This document shows positions 34,462 to 47,258 of a DNA stretch of 64,000 bases, one piece after another. Below the pieces are notes generated by a model. It was not told where the DNA came from. It was given only the letters and a program-made list of their open reading frames with translations, and did not search any database. A program made the translations under genes and the position numbers. The stretch is from Mayamaea pseudoterrestris (taxonomy: Eukaryota), in the NCBI GenBank assembly GCA_027923505.1, contig BROI01000015.1, positions 434,001 to 498,000 on the forward strand, given 5' to 3'. Positions within the stretch are counted from its first letter, which is position 1. Each line of letters begins with the position of its first letter.

Positions 34462-34878
34462 TTACTTTGTCGCCTTGAGCTTATCCTTCCATGGCTTGGC
34501 GGCTGTAAAACCTGGACTCTTGGAGGCGGCAATGTCAATCGTTTCGCCAGTCTGTGGGTTTCGTCCCTTGCGCGCCGCTCGAGCCTTCACGACAAAGCTT
34601 CCGAGTCCAGGAAGTGTCACCTTCTTTTCGAGGGAAACTTGTTCTTGGATAGTCGAAATCAATGCATTTAGTGCGTTCTCTGAATCCTTCTTGGTCAATC
34701 CAGACTTTTCGGCAATCGAAGCAATCAAGTCAGCCTTCTTAAAGCTTTCCTCCGTCGTTTCCGCCTTGGTCGCCAAGGTTCGCGTCAGAGAGGAAGGAGT
34801 CGTTGATGGATTGAGCAAGAAGGATGCGACGCAAGACATCAAGGAAAGGAAGAGAACGATTCGTGCTTGCCGCATCAT
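34462..34878 (-). CDS. Plastid-targeted HU (bacterial histone-like DNA-binding protein)
   Basis: KADLIASIAEKSGLTKKD..VTLPGLGSF..RAARKGRNPQTGETIDIAA..PGF is the HU signature. N-terminal signal peptide ends VAS|F and is followed by a Ser/Thr-rich transit region. Confidence 0.93.
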   Translation of the reverse strand: MMRQARIVLFLSLMSCVASFLLNPSTTPSSLTRTLATKAETTEESFKKADLIASIAEKSGLTKKDSENALNALISTIQEQVSLEKKVTLPGLGSFVVKARAARKGRNPQTGETIDIAASKSPGFTAAKPWKDKLKATK

Positions 34879-35300
34879 GTTTCGGAAAGCAATTGGATGT
34901 ATAATAAAGTCCACCGTGGAGGCGAGACACCAAGGTCAACGGCAGGTTTCGTAAGTTGTGATTTGTGGGTGAAGCGTGGATTTCGACGGTCGAAATTGCA
35001 TGTCGCACCAGGAATTGGTTTACAATTGCCTGGCTCGAACATAATGAATTGCTATTTATTTTGTTATTGCCCTTTGGGTGCTGTTGCGACGGCTCAAGCG
35101 TCGACCCGACGGGCGCGACCATGGCCATCGCCAACAACCAACAACCATCAACACGCACCTTTACTCGTTCAAGTACTCCTCCATCGCTCCCAAAGTGTAG
35201 TTCTAATCTCTAGGCAACTAAATCGAACATTGGCGGCTAAAATAATTGTAAAGACGATGCAGAACTGTTAAATTTGTGTCAAATTTCTTCATTTTGCGCC

Positions 35301-36824
35301 ATGGTCAACGTACCTCTTCGACTCGGCAACAAGACGTTGCGACGACAGTCATTGGAAACACTCGCCTACTTATTGACATTCCTACTGATATCATCATGTG
35401 TTGTTAATATTAGTTTCCTGGAAAGACATTTGAGTGTGGAAGAGGCTAGGCATGCACAGGAGTCATCTCCATTGTCAGCAGTCCAATCGAGGCAAGGGCT
35501 CATTCGAAAAGGTTCGTTCGAGACAATATCTGCTGCAAACCCAATTGTCGACGTCGACGACGGCTTTACCGCCGAAGATGCTTCCTATAGTGTTTCCGAG
35601 TCAGAGGATGAGGAGGAGGGGGATGATGATGAAGAAGACGAAGATGTCGAAGAAGAGGAAGCAAAAAATGAAGTCCACGCACTGCTAGAGGCTGAGAATG
35701 CAACAACCAAGGAAATAGCAGCAAAAATTGGTCAAGCAGAAGAAGGTGACGCCGTAGTCGATGATGATGGCAATATTGCTCGGAATGACGACGGCGAACA
35801 TTCCTACGACGACGGAATCGGATCCGTAGAATTTCGACTCGTCGATTTGCTTGGGTCCAATCTGACAACACTTATCAACAAGCGTCAAGTCTTTTCATTG
35901 CTCATTGACGCCGGTATCGAATCGATGGATCTTGAAACTATACGACAATTACCAAACTGGAAGCAAATCGAATCGCTTTACTATCCATCCAAACGACGTC
36001 CAGTGATTCTTGGATTAGAAACATGCGAGGAATATCGACATACCGTTTCCACGGAGGATCGTTACTTGGCCACTGCTGGACTTTTCAACACGGGGACGAA
36101 TGCCCTGTCCTATTTGCTCCGACAAAATATACTCATGGAGAAGAAGGCACAATGGCAAGTGCCGTGGTCGAAGCATCGACTACTTCGCATAAGCGCGAAC
36201 CACACTGCGCCAAACATGCAAAACTTTCATCGCGGACATGTACTGCCGATTGTCATTATTAAGGACATGTATACGTGGCTGCAGAGCATGTGCAACAGTC
36301 CGTACGAAGCTCGGTGGAAACATGGCGAGGGGCATTGTCCAAATTTGGTTCCCAATAAATACGATCTGAATCATTTTCCGGCGTTGCGTGGACGTCAATC
36401 GGTGCCTGTCAAGGTTAGATTTTCGGGAAACCTCACAATGTATTGGGATTCGCTAGTTGCGTTGTATAATGAGTGGTATCGAGATTACTACGATGCTGCC
36501 TTCCCTCGTCTGATTGTTCGATTCGAAGACTTGCTGTTTGCACCAGAAGAACTACTGCAAGCTATTGCAGATTGCGTTGGTGCCGATTTGGCTCCGTCGA
36601 TTCACTTTAACACGGAGTCAGCGAAGGAACATGGATCACAGACAAACCTCGTTGGTGCCATAATTAAGATCGGAACTGGTCAAGGAAGGTTTAAAAACAT
36701 GACCGAAGACGACTTGATGTATATCGACGAAGAAATGAACGAGCAACTTCGGATAGACTTTGAATATACAAAGTCTAACGTTCAACTGCCGCTGAAAGCA
36801 GATGTGTTTGCCAAAAGTCAATGA
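35301..36824 (+). CDS. Type II membrane sulfotransferase-like protein
   Basis: N-terminal TM segment and acidic stem; AGLFNTGTN (PAPS-loop-like), WSKH, IIKDMYTWLQSM and VRFEDLL motifs. Confidence 0.6.
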   Translation: MVNVPLRLGNKTLRRQSLETLAYLLTFLLISSCVVNISFLERHLSVEEARHAQESSPLSAVQSRQGLIRKGSFETISAANPIVDVDDGFTAEDASYSVSESEDEEEGDDDEEDEDVEEEEAKNEVHALLEAENATTKEIAAKIGQAEEGDAVVDDDGNIARNDDGEHSYDDGIGSVEFRLVDLLGSNLTTLINKRQVFSLLIDAGIESMDLETIRQLPNWKQIESLYYPSKRRPVILGLETCEEYRHTVSTEDRYLATAGLFNTGTNALSYLLRQNILMEKKAQWQVPWSKHRLLRISANHTAPNMQNFHRGHVLPIVIIKDMYTWLQSMCNSPYEARWKHGEGHCPNLVPNKYDLNHFPALRGRQSVPVKVRFSGNLTMYWDSLVALYNEWYRDYYDAAFPRLIVRFEDLLFAPEELLQAIADCVGADLAPSIHFNTESAKEHGSQTNLVGAIIKIGTGQGRFKNMTEDDLMYIDEEMNEQLRIDFEYTKSNVQLPLKADVFAKSQ

Positions 36825-36916
36825 CGAAGAACGTAAGCGCATATCTAAATTAACGACGACGTTACTGTACTAATAAACAGATACATACTATTTTGAAGGG
36901 CTATGTACGAATGAAT

Positions 36917-39900
36917 TCATGCCTCCTCGATCGTAACAAGCAAATCACCAGCAGCGATTTGTTCACCAGCCGTTACTTCAATGCTCACAACGGTACCTGC
37001 CACTGTTGCGGCAACCGCCGTTTCCATCTTCATCGCACTCAAGCTAAGCAAAGTGTCCCCTTGCTTAACTTTGTCACCCTTCTTCACGCGTGTCTCTACA
37101 ACGACACCAGGCATCGGTGCGCCAATACTTCCAACGACGCCAGAAATCGCTTTAGGACGCGCGACAACAGTTGATGTAACCTTCGTATCTTGTACCTGTA
37201 CACTTCGCGGAGTTCCATTTAGTTCGAACGAAAGTGTGACCGTTCCATCCTTGTCAGGCTCACCAACTGAGAGCAACTTGATGACCAGCTGCTTTCCGGC
37301 TTCAAGCTGAACCTCCAGTTCTTGCCCGACCTTCATGCCGGTCAAGAATGTTCGAGTATCCAAACTGCTGACGTTTCCGTATTCATGCTTAAAGCTCATA
37401 TACTCGTCGAACACAGCTGGATACATTGCATGACTCAAGACATCAACTTGTCGAATAGCACCATCTTTCAAATCGCCGCTCCATTTCTCTTCCAGCAACG
37501 ACTTTGCACCCACCAAATCATAGGGCTTTAAGTCGGCTCCTGGTCGACCTTGAAAAAGTGTCAAGCCATCAGTCCCGGGTATCGTCTTGCCTTTGATCAC
37601 CTTAGAGCGAAAAGGCTCCGGAAAGCCAAATGGAGGAATACCAAGGAAGCCCTGGAAATACTCGATGACTGAAGCGGGAAACGATAACGTATCAGCTTCT
37701 CGTAACACATCCTCTTCCGTTAAATTATTGGCAACCATAAATTGAGCAAGGTCACCTGTCACCTGCCAGCGATAAATCCAGAAGAGTAAGTGAGTGGCAT
37801 GTCACGCCACACGAACAGAGAAAATTCCTCGATGAAACAAACCTTGCTGCTCGGTGTAACTTTAATAATATCGCCTAGCAGCCTGTTAGCCGCTGCGTAA
37901 GCCGTTTTGACTTTTGACCATTGCCCGGTTAAGCCAAGCTGTGTTGACTGAAAAAGCAGATTAGTGTATTGTCCGCCTGGCATTTCATGGTTAAAGACAT
38001 CGCTAGAGCCAGTCTTCTGCCCAGACTCAAACGGCGCATAAATTCCGCGGCATTCCTCCCAATATTCGTTCAAAGCCTGAACGTTTGCAAGGTCGAGACC
38101 TGTGTCTAATTCCGTTCCCTGTGTTGAAGCGACAATCGCACCGAGTGACGGCTGGGACGTTGTACCAGACATGGCGTCAGATGCGGCGTCGACTGCATCT
38201 GCGCCGGCTCTAGCGCATGCAAGCATCGAAGCCACCCCAGTGCCGGCGGTGTCATGTGTGTGGACATGGATAGGAAGGTCAGGGAATTCTCGGCGCAAGG
38301 TGCCTATCAACAGCTTCGCTCCTTCCGGTTTAAGTAATCCAGCCATATCCTTCACTGCAAGCGTATGGATACCGAGATCGTTCAGTTCCCGCACGAAATT
38401 AACGTAATACTCAAGGCTGTACATTCCGTTCCGAGGATGGACAACATCACCAGTGTAGCAGACAGCAGCTTCGACGATACCTCCAGCCGTTCCAACCGCA
38501 TCGATGCCGAGCTTCATGTTCTCAATGTAATTGACCGAGTCAAAGACGCGAAAGACCTGTTACGCCATACAACAAAAATGGTGAGAAACAAACAAGCGCC
38601 GGCAAAAGTTAGCCCCAGACTTGGTGGCACTCACATCCATGCCTGTTTCTTTGGCTGTCTTGCAAAACTCGTAAACAAGATTGTCCGGATAGCTAGTGTA
38701 CCCGACTGCGTTAGCGCCACGAAGCAGCATTTGAAAGGGAATGTCAGGCACCGCTTCACGAAACTCGGCAAGGCGATCCCAAGGACACTCGCGTAAAAAG
38801 CGCAAGGCGACATCAAACGTCGCACCGCCCCAGCATTCTAGCGAGTAAGCATTAGCTAGTGCCACCGAGGTGGGATCGGCAACCTTCTTCATATCGTAAG
38901 TGCGCATTCGAGTGGCCAGCAATGACTGATGAGCATCGCGCCACGTCGTATCTGTTATTAAGAGCCCCTTGTTCGCACGTACAGCCTTAGCAAACGCTTC
39001 GGGCCCCTCCTCGTCAAAAATCTTTTTCAGTGATCGGTTATTTTGCTGATTTGCTTTCGGCGTAATTGTCGGAATCAAAGGATCAACCGAACTCGGAGGA
39101 CCTCCAACGGCACCGAGGCTCTTTGGAACGCCATTGACAACCACATTAGCAATGTAGTGTAATAGCTTCTGAGCGCGATCTTGCTCGCGGAGTGGGGCCA
39201 GCAGATGCGGATTGGCGGCAATAAACCCTGTGTTAACCTGTCCCTCCAAAAAGTCCTTGTGCTGCAAAACGTTCAACAGAAATGACTTGTTTGTCTTGAC
39301 GCCTCGGACGCGAAATTCACGCAACGCCCTCACAAGCTTGGCTGCACAATCCTTGCGGTTGCGTGCCTTGGCTGAAATTTTGACGAGAAGACTATCATAG
39401 TGCGGTGTTATGTGAGCACCAGGAAAGCCCGGCCCATCGTCGAGGCGAATGCCCATGCCAGCCGGCAAGCGAAAGACACTAATGGTACCAGTGTCGGGAC
39501 GAAAATCTTGACTCGGGTCCTCCGTCGTGACACGACATTGCATCGCCACGCCCATGGGTTCAGGAATCGCCTCTTGATTCAGTCCAAGCTCTGACAAAGT
39601 CTTTCCAGATGCAATAAGGATTTGCGACTGAACAATGTCAATGCCTGTTATCTCCTCCGTCACGGTATGCTCCACCTGCACGCGAGGATTGACCTCCATG
39701 AAATAGTGATTGCCATGCAAGTCGACCAAGAATTCAACCGTTCCGGCGTTTCGATAGTTCGCGTCCGCGAGCAAGCGGACGGCATCGTTCAAAATTTGTT
39801 GGCGAGTCTCGTGGACAAGTCCCTCAGCCGGCGCAAGCTCAACAACCTTTTGATGTCGCCGCTGCACCGAGCAGTCGCGGTCCCACAAGTGAATGACATT

Positions 39901-40973
39901 ACCAGTTCCGTCGCCAAGGCATTGAACTTCCACATGACGAGGCTGCTCCACATACTTTTCCACAAAGCAGCGGCCATCTCCAAAGGCATTCTGCGCCTCG
40001 TTCGATGCTTGCTGAAACATTGGCTCGAGATCATTGGCAGTTGGCACGATTCGAATGCCTCTACCACCCCCACCCATGAGTGCCTTGACAATGACTGGAT
40101 ATGCGCACTGATTCTTCGGATCCGCAATCCAGGCGCCAGCTTCAGCTGGAGTCTCAAACGCCGTCTCTGATCCAGCAACAACAGGAACTTTGTTTTTAAT
40201 GGCCATGTTTCTGGCGGCCGTCTTGTCTCCAAAGGTACGTAAGTTTTGCACCGTCGGTCCAACGAAGGCAATCCCCGCTTCCTCCAATGCACGTGCAAAG
40301 CCTTCATTCTCCGAAAGAAAGCCATAGCCAGGATGCACAGCTTCCACCTTGTTCTTGACGCAAATCTCGACAATGGTTTTAATATCCAAGTATTGAGCAA
40401 CGGGTGATTTGCTCGTGTTAAGTTCAAACGCTTGGTCACACTTGTAGCGATGTTGCGTGAAGCGATCTGGGTGCGGAAAGTGAAACGTTGCAGTCAGTAA
40501 CAGTCAAAAACAGATACTCGTTCAGCAATTACAGCGACAAGCGCTTGGTCAGTCTTCATTCCGCAACGTTGATCTCATCCCGTCTCATTGTTCTATCACT
40601 TTTCTTCCTCACCTTCATGAGAGTAGATACCAGCCGTGGCAATGCCTAGTTCAGCAGCTGCCCGAGTGATGCGGGTGCTGATTTCACCGCGATTGGCCGC
40701 GAGCAGTTTCCCAAAGGGAGGCTCGGTGCCTTCAATCGTCAGCTTCTTCTTTGGTACGCTTTCATCTGGTGTATGAAAGGTATGGAAGCTGACAATGTGC
40801 TGTCGACGCGATGTTTCCGACCAGCTATTGTTGGCTAGGATCGATCCAGCCGAAGCCGAACGAATCAAGCAGCTGCTGCTTCTGCGTCCGAGTAAAGACG
40901 ACGGACTGGAATTGATGGTTACGCGAGAACGCTGCAACAATGCCAAACGTGAGAGAGACATGGTGCGACTCAT
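36917..40973 (-). CDS. PYC: Pyruvate carboxylase, probably mitochondrial, 4 exons
   Basis: Introns 40467-40612, 38557-38634 and 37763-37842. Motifs [60 protein letters not shown] and biotinylation site SAMKMET. The presequence is Arg/Ser-rich and lacks acidic residues. Confidence 0.96.
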
Positions 40974-41414
40974 CGTTTCCTCGAGTGTCAAAGCTGCTGC
41001 GAAAAGGATTACAAGCGTCGATGTTGATGTCTCGATTGCGTTCCGTTCGACAATCGCATGGCCATGCATCCACAAACAAGATCACGCGATGGAACTTGGA
41101 TATTTTAGTCTTGGTGCGACCTATTTGGAAGCGCTGCGACATTCACTACCTACCTCGGCAAGCTCGCCTGACAGTCGACTACGGAGGACAGCCAACGAAC
41201 AAAAGTAGCCGAACAAAGCCGACGGAACGAGCGATAGTCTAGTAGTGCTAGCAGGTTGGCCGAGGTACAAGGTATTGCTATGAGACGGCGAGCTTACTTG
41301 TACATCGTAATGTTACCATATGCATGAGGGAGTGAACCTCAAATCTGTTTACCTAAGTTTTGTTGTCGCCTTCAGATCCCCATCAATTAGAATGACTTTT
41401 CCCAAGCGCCATAT

Positions 41415-42063
41415 TTAGTGATTCCAGGTGAAGCCCAAGCTGTCAAGGTCGGCAACCTGCTCTTGGGTCAACGCTCCATACTTTGTTGGATTCTTCTTCT
41501 TTTTCCGTTGCTTGTTGACCCAGCGGCCCAGCTTACGATTATCCTTGTACTTCTGGGGGACGTTGCAGTTCTAACAATTTCGTAGAGAGAAAGGGGTTGA
41601 GTGTTGATGAGCAAAGCATGACTTGACTTGAAGGCCAAGGTGCGAAACCATCGTTTCGTCCACCAGCACTTCATCTCAAATCACAAGCCTTCTGCCAAGC
41701 GCACGAATTAGTACTTACGCCGTAATGATCGTAGTAAACCTTCAAGTTATCTCTCGATTGAGCCCAAGTAAGCTTTTCTCCAGTATGCGGAAAACGTGGT
41801 CCGTGATTCGACGTTTGATGCAGCATCGATCTTGGCTGCTGTCGCTGTTGCAGGGGCGAATTGGGTCGTCGCATCTTGACGACGGCATTATGGTCATCGA
41901 ATGGTAGCTTGCGTCTCTGCTGCTTGCAACGAAAGATGTTGCTGTCAAAGGCTGGCTGGTCGAACCGGTGCCACTTTTCTTCGTATGAGTCGCCCCGCGT
42001 GAGTTGATTTTCGTACAACCACATGTTTTGCAGTGGAGTCAACTCGGAAATGAGAGTGGGCAT
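41415..42063 (-). CDS. Helicase-associated (HA) domain protein, 2 exons
   Basis: Intron 41571-41718 joins W..RDNLKVYYDHYG to NCNVPQKYKDNRKLGRWVNKQR..LTQEQVADLDSLGFTW, an HA consensus. Start codon is uncertain. Confidence 0.82.
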
Positions 42064-42672
42064 GGCGGAAAGTGGCGGAAACGAAAGGATTGAATGCTGG
42101 TCTGGCGCGTGGGTTTCTTGCGCGTAGGTGATGATCGGGGCAGTGAAGGTGCAGCGTTGCGTCAAGGTCAGGTCAATGCAGATGAAGCGTTTAGGTTAAC
42201 TCTTTGAATTAAAGGAGAACACGAGTAAACACTCAACACCCCACTCCTATCGCCACAGACACTGCCAAGCATGCAGTAATATGGAAGCGAGTGGCTTCCA
42301 GGATTATCCGCCGTCACAAATGATGCGAGGTGTTTTTGGTCGGCACGCAAGAATTTTGGCGATGTGTGACTGAAAACGGACACCGAACGGCAATGGGCCG
42401 ACGACACGACATGACGATTCGCTGCCTCCACTAATTTAAACTTGAAGCCAATTCCACAAGGATGGGGAGTATCGACGTAAAGTCGGCATGTCTGTACAAA
42501 TAATGCGAATTTAGTAATACGGAAGATTCTCAATGCGAAGTTGAGATTCGCTCGCCGATTCGTCATCGTGCACTTAGTACCTCTAGTGCACGAACGAAAA
42601 AGTGGAGGTTGAATAAAATCATATATATAAAACGTGTGTTTAGCCTGGCTGTGAATGAACTATCACGACGGT

Positions 42673-43263
42673 TCATACAAAGGCTGTTCGTATGGCCGCT
42701 TCAATTGGAGAATACACCGCCATGTCGTCTCCCGTTGTCTGCAACTCAGCGTTGTTTGGACACTGAAATCCTCCATGCTGCACTTCCGTATTTGCATCAA
42801 TCAATTGGTCCATATTTGCTGGCTCATTGTCACATGGCTGTTGTTGAGCTTGTCGTTCGGAAACTCCTTCAGGCTCATCCAATGGGATAGTGACAACCTT
42901 TTGTTTCGAAATTTTAGTGAGCGATCGGTGCGGTCGTACCCACTCAAAGCCGAGTTCTTCCAGCAAAGCCACACGATAAGGAGCGAGCTTCTGCTTTCGA
43001 TAAAACATGCGCTGATTCTCGACCCAGCGCGAAAGCGTTTTGTTGGCTGGGTCTTTCGAAATGACCTGAGAGTGACGAGGGAGGTGTATAATGTGAGCAA
43101 ACGAATCTCAATCTCCTGATTTCACCCATGTTTATCCAACTTGTTGTATGATATCGAGAGCTAGACAACTTACATTGCAGCTTCCATTCGCCTCTTTGTA
43201 TCGTTGCAGAGCGAGTAGTCGTTGCTGCCATCTCCGTTCGTACACAAGATCCGTTTCCGTCAT
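42673..43263 (-). CDS. Helicase-associated (HA) domain protein, 2 exons
   Basis: Intron 43066-43173 joins MTETDLVYERRWQQRLLALQRYKEANGSCN to VISKDPANKTLSRWVENQR..RVALLEELGFEW. Confidence 0.82.
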
Positions 43264-43826
43264 GCTTGAGTCAACCGAAATGTTCTGTCTGCAACATATA
43301 TGCACAGATGTTCTTTAGAAATTTGACAACAAGTCCAAGCAACTTTAAACTCCGTACATCATAGATCTAAAGTGGACGATATCAGTCGTCGATTTTAGCG
43401 ACGACGGCTCGTTTTGCTCCGCTTTCGCCCATCCGCAGTTTGGCTGGCCCAAACGGTAGTCAAGCACAGCACCCACAAGCAACAATCAGCAATAGAAAGC
43501 TGTATCTATACGAATCTTAGCATACCTTTTGATTTGTCAACTGCTAACCAACAATCAATAGCTCTCCAAAGAATATTCAATCAATCGACTGCTGTTTCGG
43601 TTTTCGATTCGTCGATGGGCGAGGCGCGGCGATCGCGATTTGTGGTTGACCCTAACCTTGGATGACGTCTTAGTCGGGACTGTGATCCTCTTTCAGTCAG
43701 GTGAATCGTCAGCGGACAGACGCTGCCTTCACCGTCCTTCAACGACGACGTGCCATTCGACCATGAAGATCAAGACATCACTTGCGTAACAATTCGAGTC
43801 TTACATCAAGAAACAAGCGAATAAAC

Positions 43827-45137
43827 ATGGCGAGAGTAGCAAGAAACAATCTCCCAATACTAGGATGTCTCGGATTGCTAGTCGGGACATCAGTAGCCTT
43901 TGTGCTAAAGCAAAATGCTCCTGGGATTCGGAATTCTGCTTTCGCATCGACGTCACAACTTTACACGACAAAAAAGACATTGGGATTGCTAACATTTGAC
44001 TTGGACGACTCGCTCTATCCGATCGCTCCTGTGCTAGAGGAAGCAAACGCTGCTTTCAAGCGGGCCATGGCACGATTCGGTTACGACGATGGAAACATTC
44101 AGCCTCAAGATATTGTGGATACGGCTCGTCAGATTCGCGAGGAATATCCACCCGAGGAAGCCGCTGTCTTGACACATACGGAAATTAGAACCTTGGCAAT
44201 TCGACGAAAGATGGAGGAATTTATTTTGAAGAAGAAGCTACAGGAAACGGCCGACTCGTGGGCGACTCAGCAAGAGGATTTGAGTCCAATTGTTGTCAAT
44301 TTTGCAAAGAAGTAAGTGATTGCCTTGACGCTCTCTTTTACGTATGATACGGATCCATAAGTTTACCTTTTCTATGGCTCACGTCGTTATTTGTTTCTCA
44401 ATAGATGGGCAAAGGAAGCTGTTTCGCCAAACGTTGTTCAGGCCGTGTTGAATGCTTGGGAAATGGAGCGACACCACGCCGCAGAGCGTCACCTCTACCC
44501 AGAAATGATTTCAGCATTGCAGGAAATCAAGCGCAACCACCCCGACGTTATCATTGGCGCAGTTACGGATGGACGAGCTAACCCAATGTTCATGACGTTT
44601 ACGCTGGCGCCATATTTCGACTTTTGTTTGAGCTGGGAGGATGATCAAGCGTCGCGCCGAAAGTTTTTTCAAGATCTTGGAAGCGCTGGAGGAAAGGAGG
44701 ATCTAAAATGGATTTATGACGCGGCATTGGAGAAGTATCAAGAGCTCAGTGCAGCTAAAATGGCTTTGTCAAACCAGTTGGAACCGAATCCCAACAAGAT
44801 TTGGATCCATTGCGGTGATGACCTGGCGTACGATGTGGGTGGAAGTGCGCAAAGCGGCGCCAAAACGATATTCTTGGAGCTTGCTGAAAAGTATGGCCAG
44901 ACCGCAAGGCAGCGCGTCGACCAACCCAACGTGCAGCCAAGTTGGAGTACGACACCAAAAGAGGAGCTTGAGAAGCGCCGCAGCATGAACGAGGTGGCAC
45001 GCAACCAAGTAGATGCGACTGTTAACTACCTGTCCAGGCTCCCGGAAGCCATTCAGGACATTATTGACAAGGAGAATGAGCGACTCTTGTCGTCAGGAAG
45101 TGGTCGAAGTGCAACCAAGGAGGAGGCTAGCGCATAA
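43827..45137 (+). CDS. Plastid-targeted HAD-superfamily hydrolase, 2 exons
   Basis: Intron 44312-44404. Signal peptide ends SVA|F; motif I FDLDDSL, motif II VTDG, motif IV HCGDDLAYDVGG. Confidence 0.85.
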
Positions 45138-45603
45138 ACGCACAGGTATAAATTAATATGTACTCTGCATACCCATTGTCTGTACTTGTTAGCTATGCTG
45201 TGCGCGTATAATTATCACTGCCGGAGCATCTCTTAGATTATTGAGTAGGGTAAAGCTTTTCCCCGATGTAAATGCACGATCACCCTTGTTCGGGGTAGAT
45301 TTTGTTGACGCCTTGCTTGAAGTGAGTGGCATCACCGAAAGAATTGACATTTCGCAAATGACTTTCGTGTCATGTAACTTATGCACGATTGGGTTGAACC
45401 ATTTGTTTCGATCATTGCCTTTGGGTGCGTCAGAGTTTAAATGACTTGTTTTCTTGCTTGAACTAGTTTGATTGGCTAGTCAGATCGGTGTCAGTCGGGT
45501 CAAGTGCGTTGGCAATTGCTGTGGTTGATTAGACCCTTTCGCATCTACATACTCGATTCATTTTGCTCACCGCGACGCGGTTGTCCGACAATCGACCACG
45601 AGG

Positions 45604-46353
45604 ATGGATCAACTTGACTGCGCAGCTCTAAACAATGAGGGAGTATTTTACTTCCAGCAAGGAGAACTGGCGGCATCGTTAGCCAAGTTTCGCAGCGCTC
45701 TTGAGCTGACGATTGGGAGTTTGGAGCCCACAGTGACACCCGCCACAGAATCCTCGCAAAGCTGTGGTAGAGACGCTCCTTCAAGAAGTGTTAATCAACA
45801 CCGTCCAAGGGAAGGTAACAGCAGTATCGATTTCGTGTCCATCTTGCCTGTCGAAGATGTCATGTCTGGTCTGCAGACATACAACCGGCCGATTAACTTG
45901 GTGGCGACGCCAGCAGCGTATTCTTCGGACCCACTGGTGAACGCTACCGTTGTCTCGTCCATCATTCTCTTCAATCTCGCTTTGGTCTATCATTTGAAAG
46001 GGCTCGAAGGATCTGACGACACTAGCCGTTCGCGTCTTCTTTCGGCGCAGTCATTGTATACAAAATCACGAGCCCTTTTGGAGGAGGCTGGGTTCTCGTC
46101 GTATCAATCATGCGGCCACCCAGTGGTTGACATTCTAATCATGGCGATTCTCAACAATCAGGGACAATTGACCTTTTCTCTGTTGGACTATGAGCAGTCT
46201 CAAAAGTTTTTTGACTGTCTCGTCGTCTTTTGCTCAACCGTAAGACCTCAGGATCACCAACAAGACGATGGCGCTTTACTCGAATGGCACATGTCAGCCT
46301 TTCTCGTCAATGCTATAACGCTTCAACAACCCACGCATGCTTCAGCCGCGTAA
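45604..46353 (+). CDS. TPR-like helical hypothetical protein
   Basis: LNNEGV..A..F..AL, FNLALVYHL and ILNNQGQ motifs; ends HASAA. Confidence 0.7.
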   Translation: MDQLDCAALNNEGVFYFQQGELAASLAKFRSALELTIGSLEPTVTPATESSQSCGRDAPSRSVNQHRPREGNSSIDFVSILPVEDVMSGLQTYNRPINLVATPAAYSSDPLVNATVVSSIILFNLALVYHLKGLEGSDDTSRSRLLSAQSLYTKSRALLEEAGFSSYQSCGHPVVDILIMAILNNQGQLTFSLLDYEQSQKFFDCLVVFCSTVRPQDHQQDDGALLEWHMSAFLVNAITLQQPTHASAA

Positions 46354-47258
46354 TGAGTAGCTACTTTCAACTCTACATTTGTACACATGCACAAACATGT
46401 GGCCCCTTCCGCACTCGCACGCCAACAACCTGATTCGCTAGCACCGCCATCAGCTACAAACTACAAACAAATTATGCTACTGTATGGAAAATAACCATTC
46501 TGCTACACTTTAAGTTTTTACAACGACACAAATGCCATCTGAAACTCACTATTCCGCGTTATCTAACCTGTACAACTAATATATTCTCTCCTTTGTGAGG
46601 TGGTGATGCACATTACCGTCAGGCTGCCTACACGCTGCTATTCTTACGCAATACTTTCCCTGCCATATGCGCTCTGTACTCGTACAGTAGTTGTCGAAGA
46701 CTTGTTCATACGGCGCTCCAAGGGCAGGCACTTTTGCTAAAACGCACTGCACGAACGCGTTTTACTCGTACGACGTACGCGTGCCTAGTAGCTTAATGAT
46801 GCTACGACAGTGTGACGTTTTGCGATTACGTGGAAAAGAAACGGACCTTTCTGCTTCATGGCGTTCGGCATCATTCGTTTAGCGCAAGCATATTGATACA
46901 AGTGTTTCTCCGATGAGCGCATGCAAGTATACATTGAGGGTCTTGCTGAATGCTTTTCTCGACCTTCGATTGGCTGAAAGTGTCTTGGGTGATTGACATT
47001 GGCGATAAACGCCTCGAAGAGCTACGGAGTACCAACCAGCTCTTGACATCATGTATCTCTTACATCATGGTCGCTGACCGCTTCTTCCTGATCGTAGAGT
47101 AGCTGCGAGAGACCATCCGCAAACGAGGCAGACTTTTCTAGGAACATAGTACGACCAGAAAGTTTGATAAGCCAAGGGAAAAGAGAAAACTTGGTTCACT
47201 ACTTGAGTTCACAACTATAGTAACTTCGATCTGCGGCAGGAAACAACCCGACTCGAAC

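Noticed and set aside
34462..34914. HU gene as bacterial contamination
   Set aside because: It carries a eukaryotic bipartite targeting peptide and sits among intron-containing genes of similar composition.
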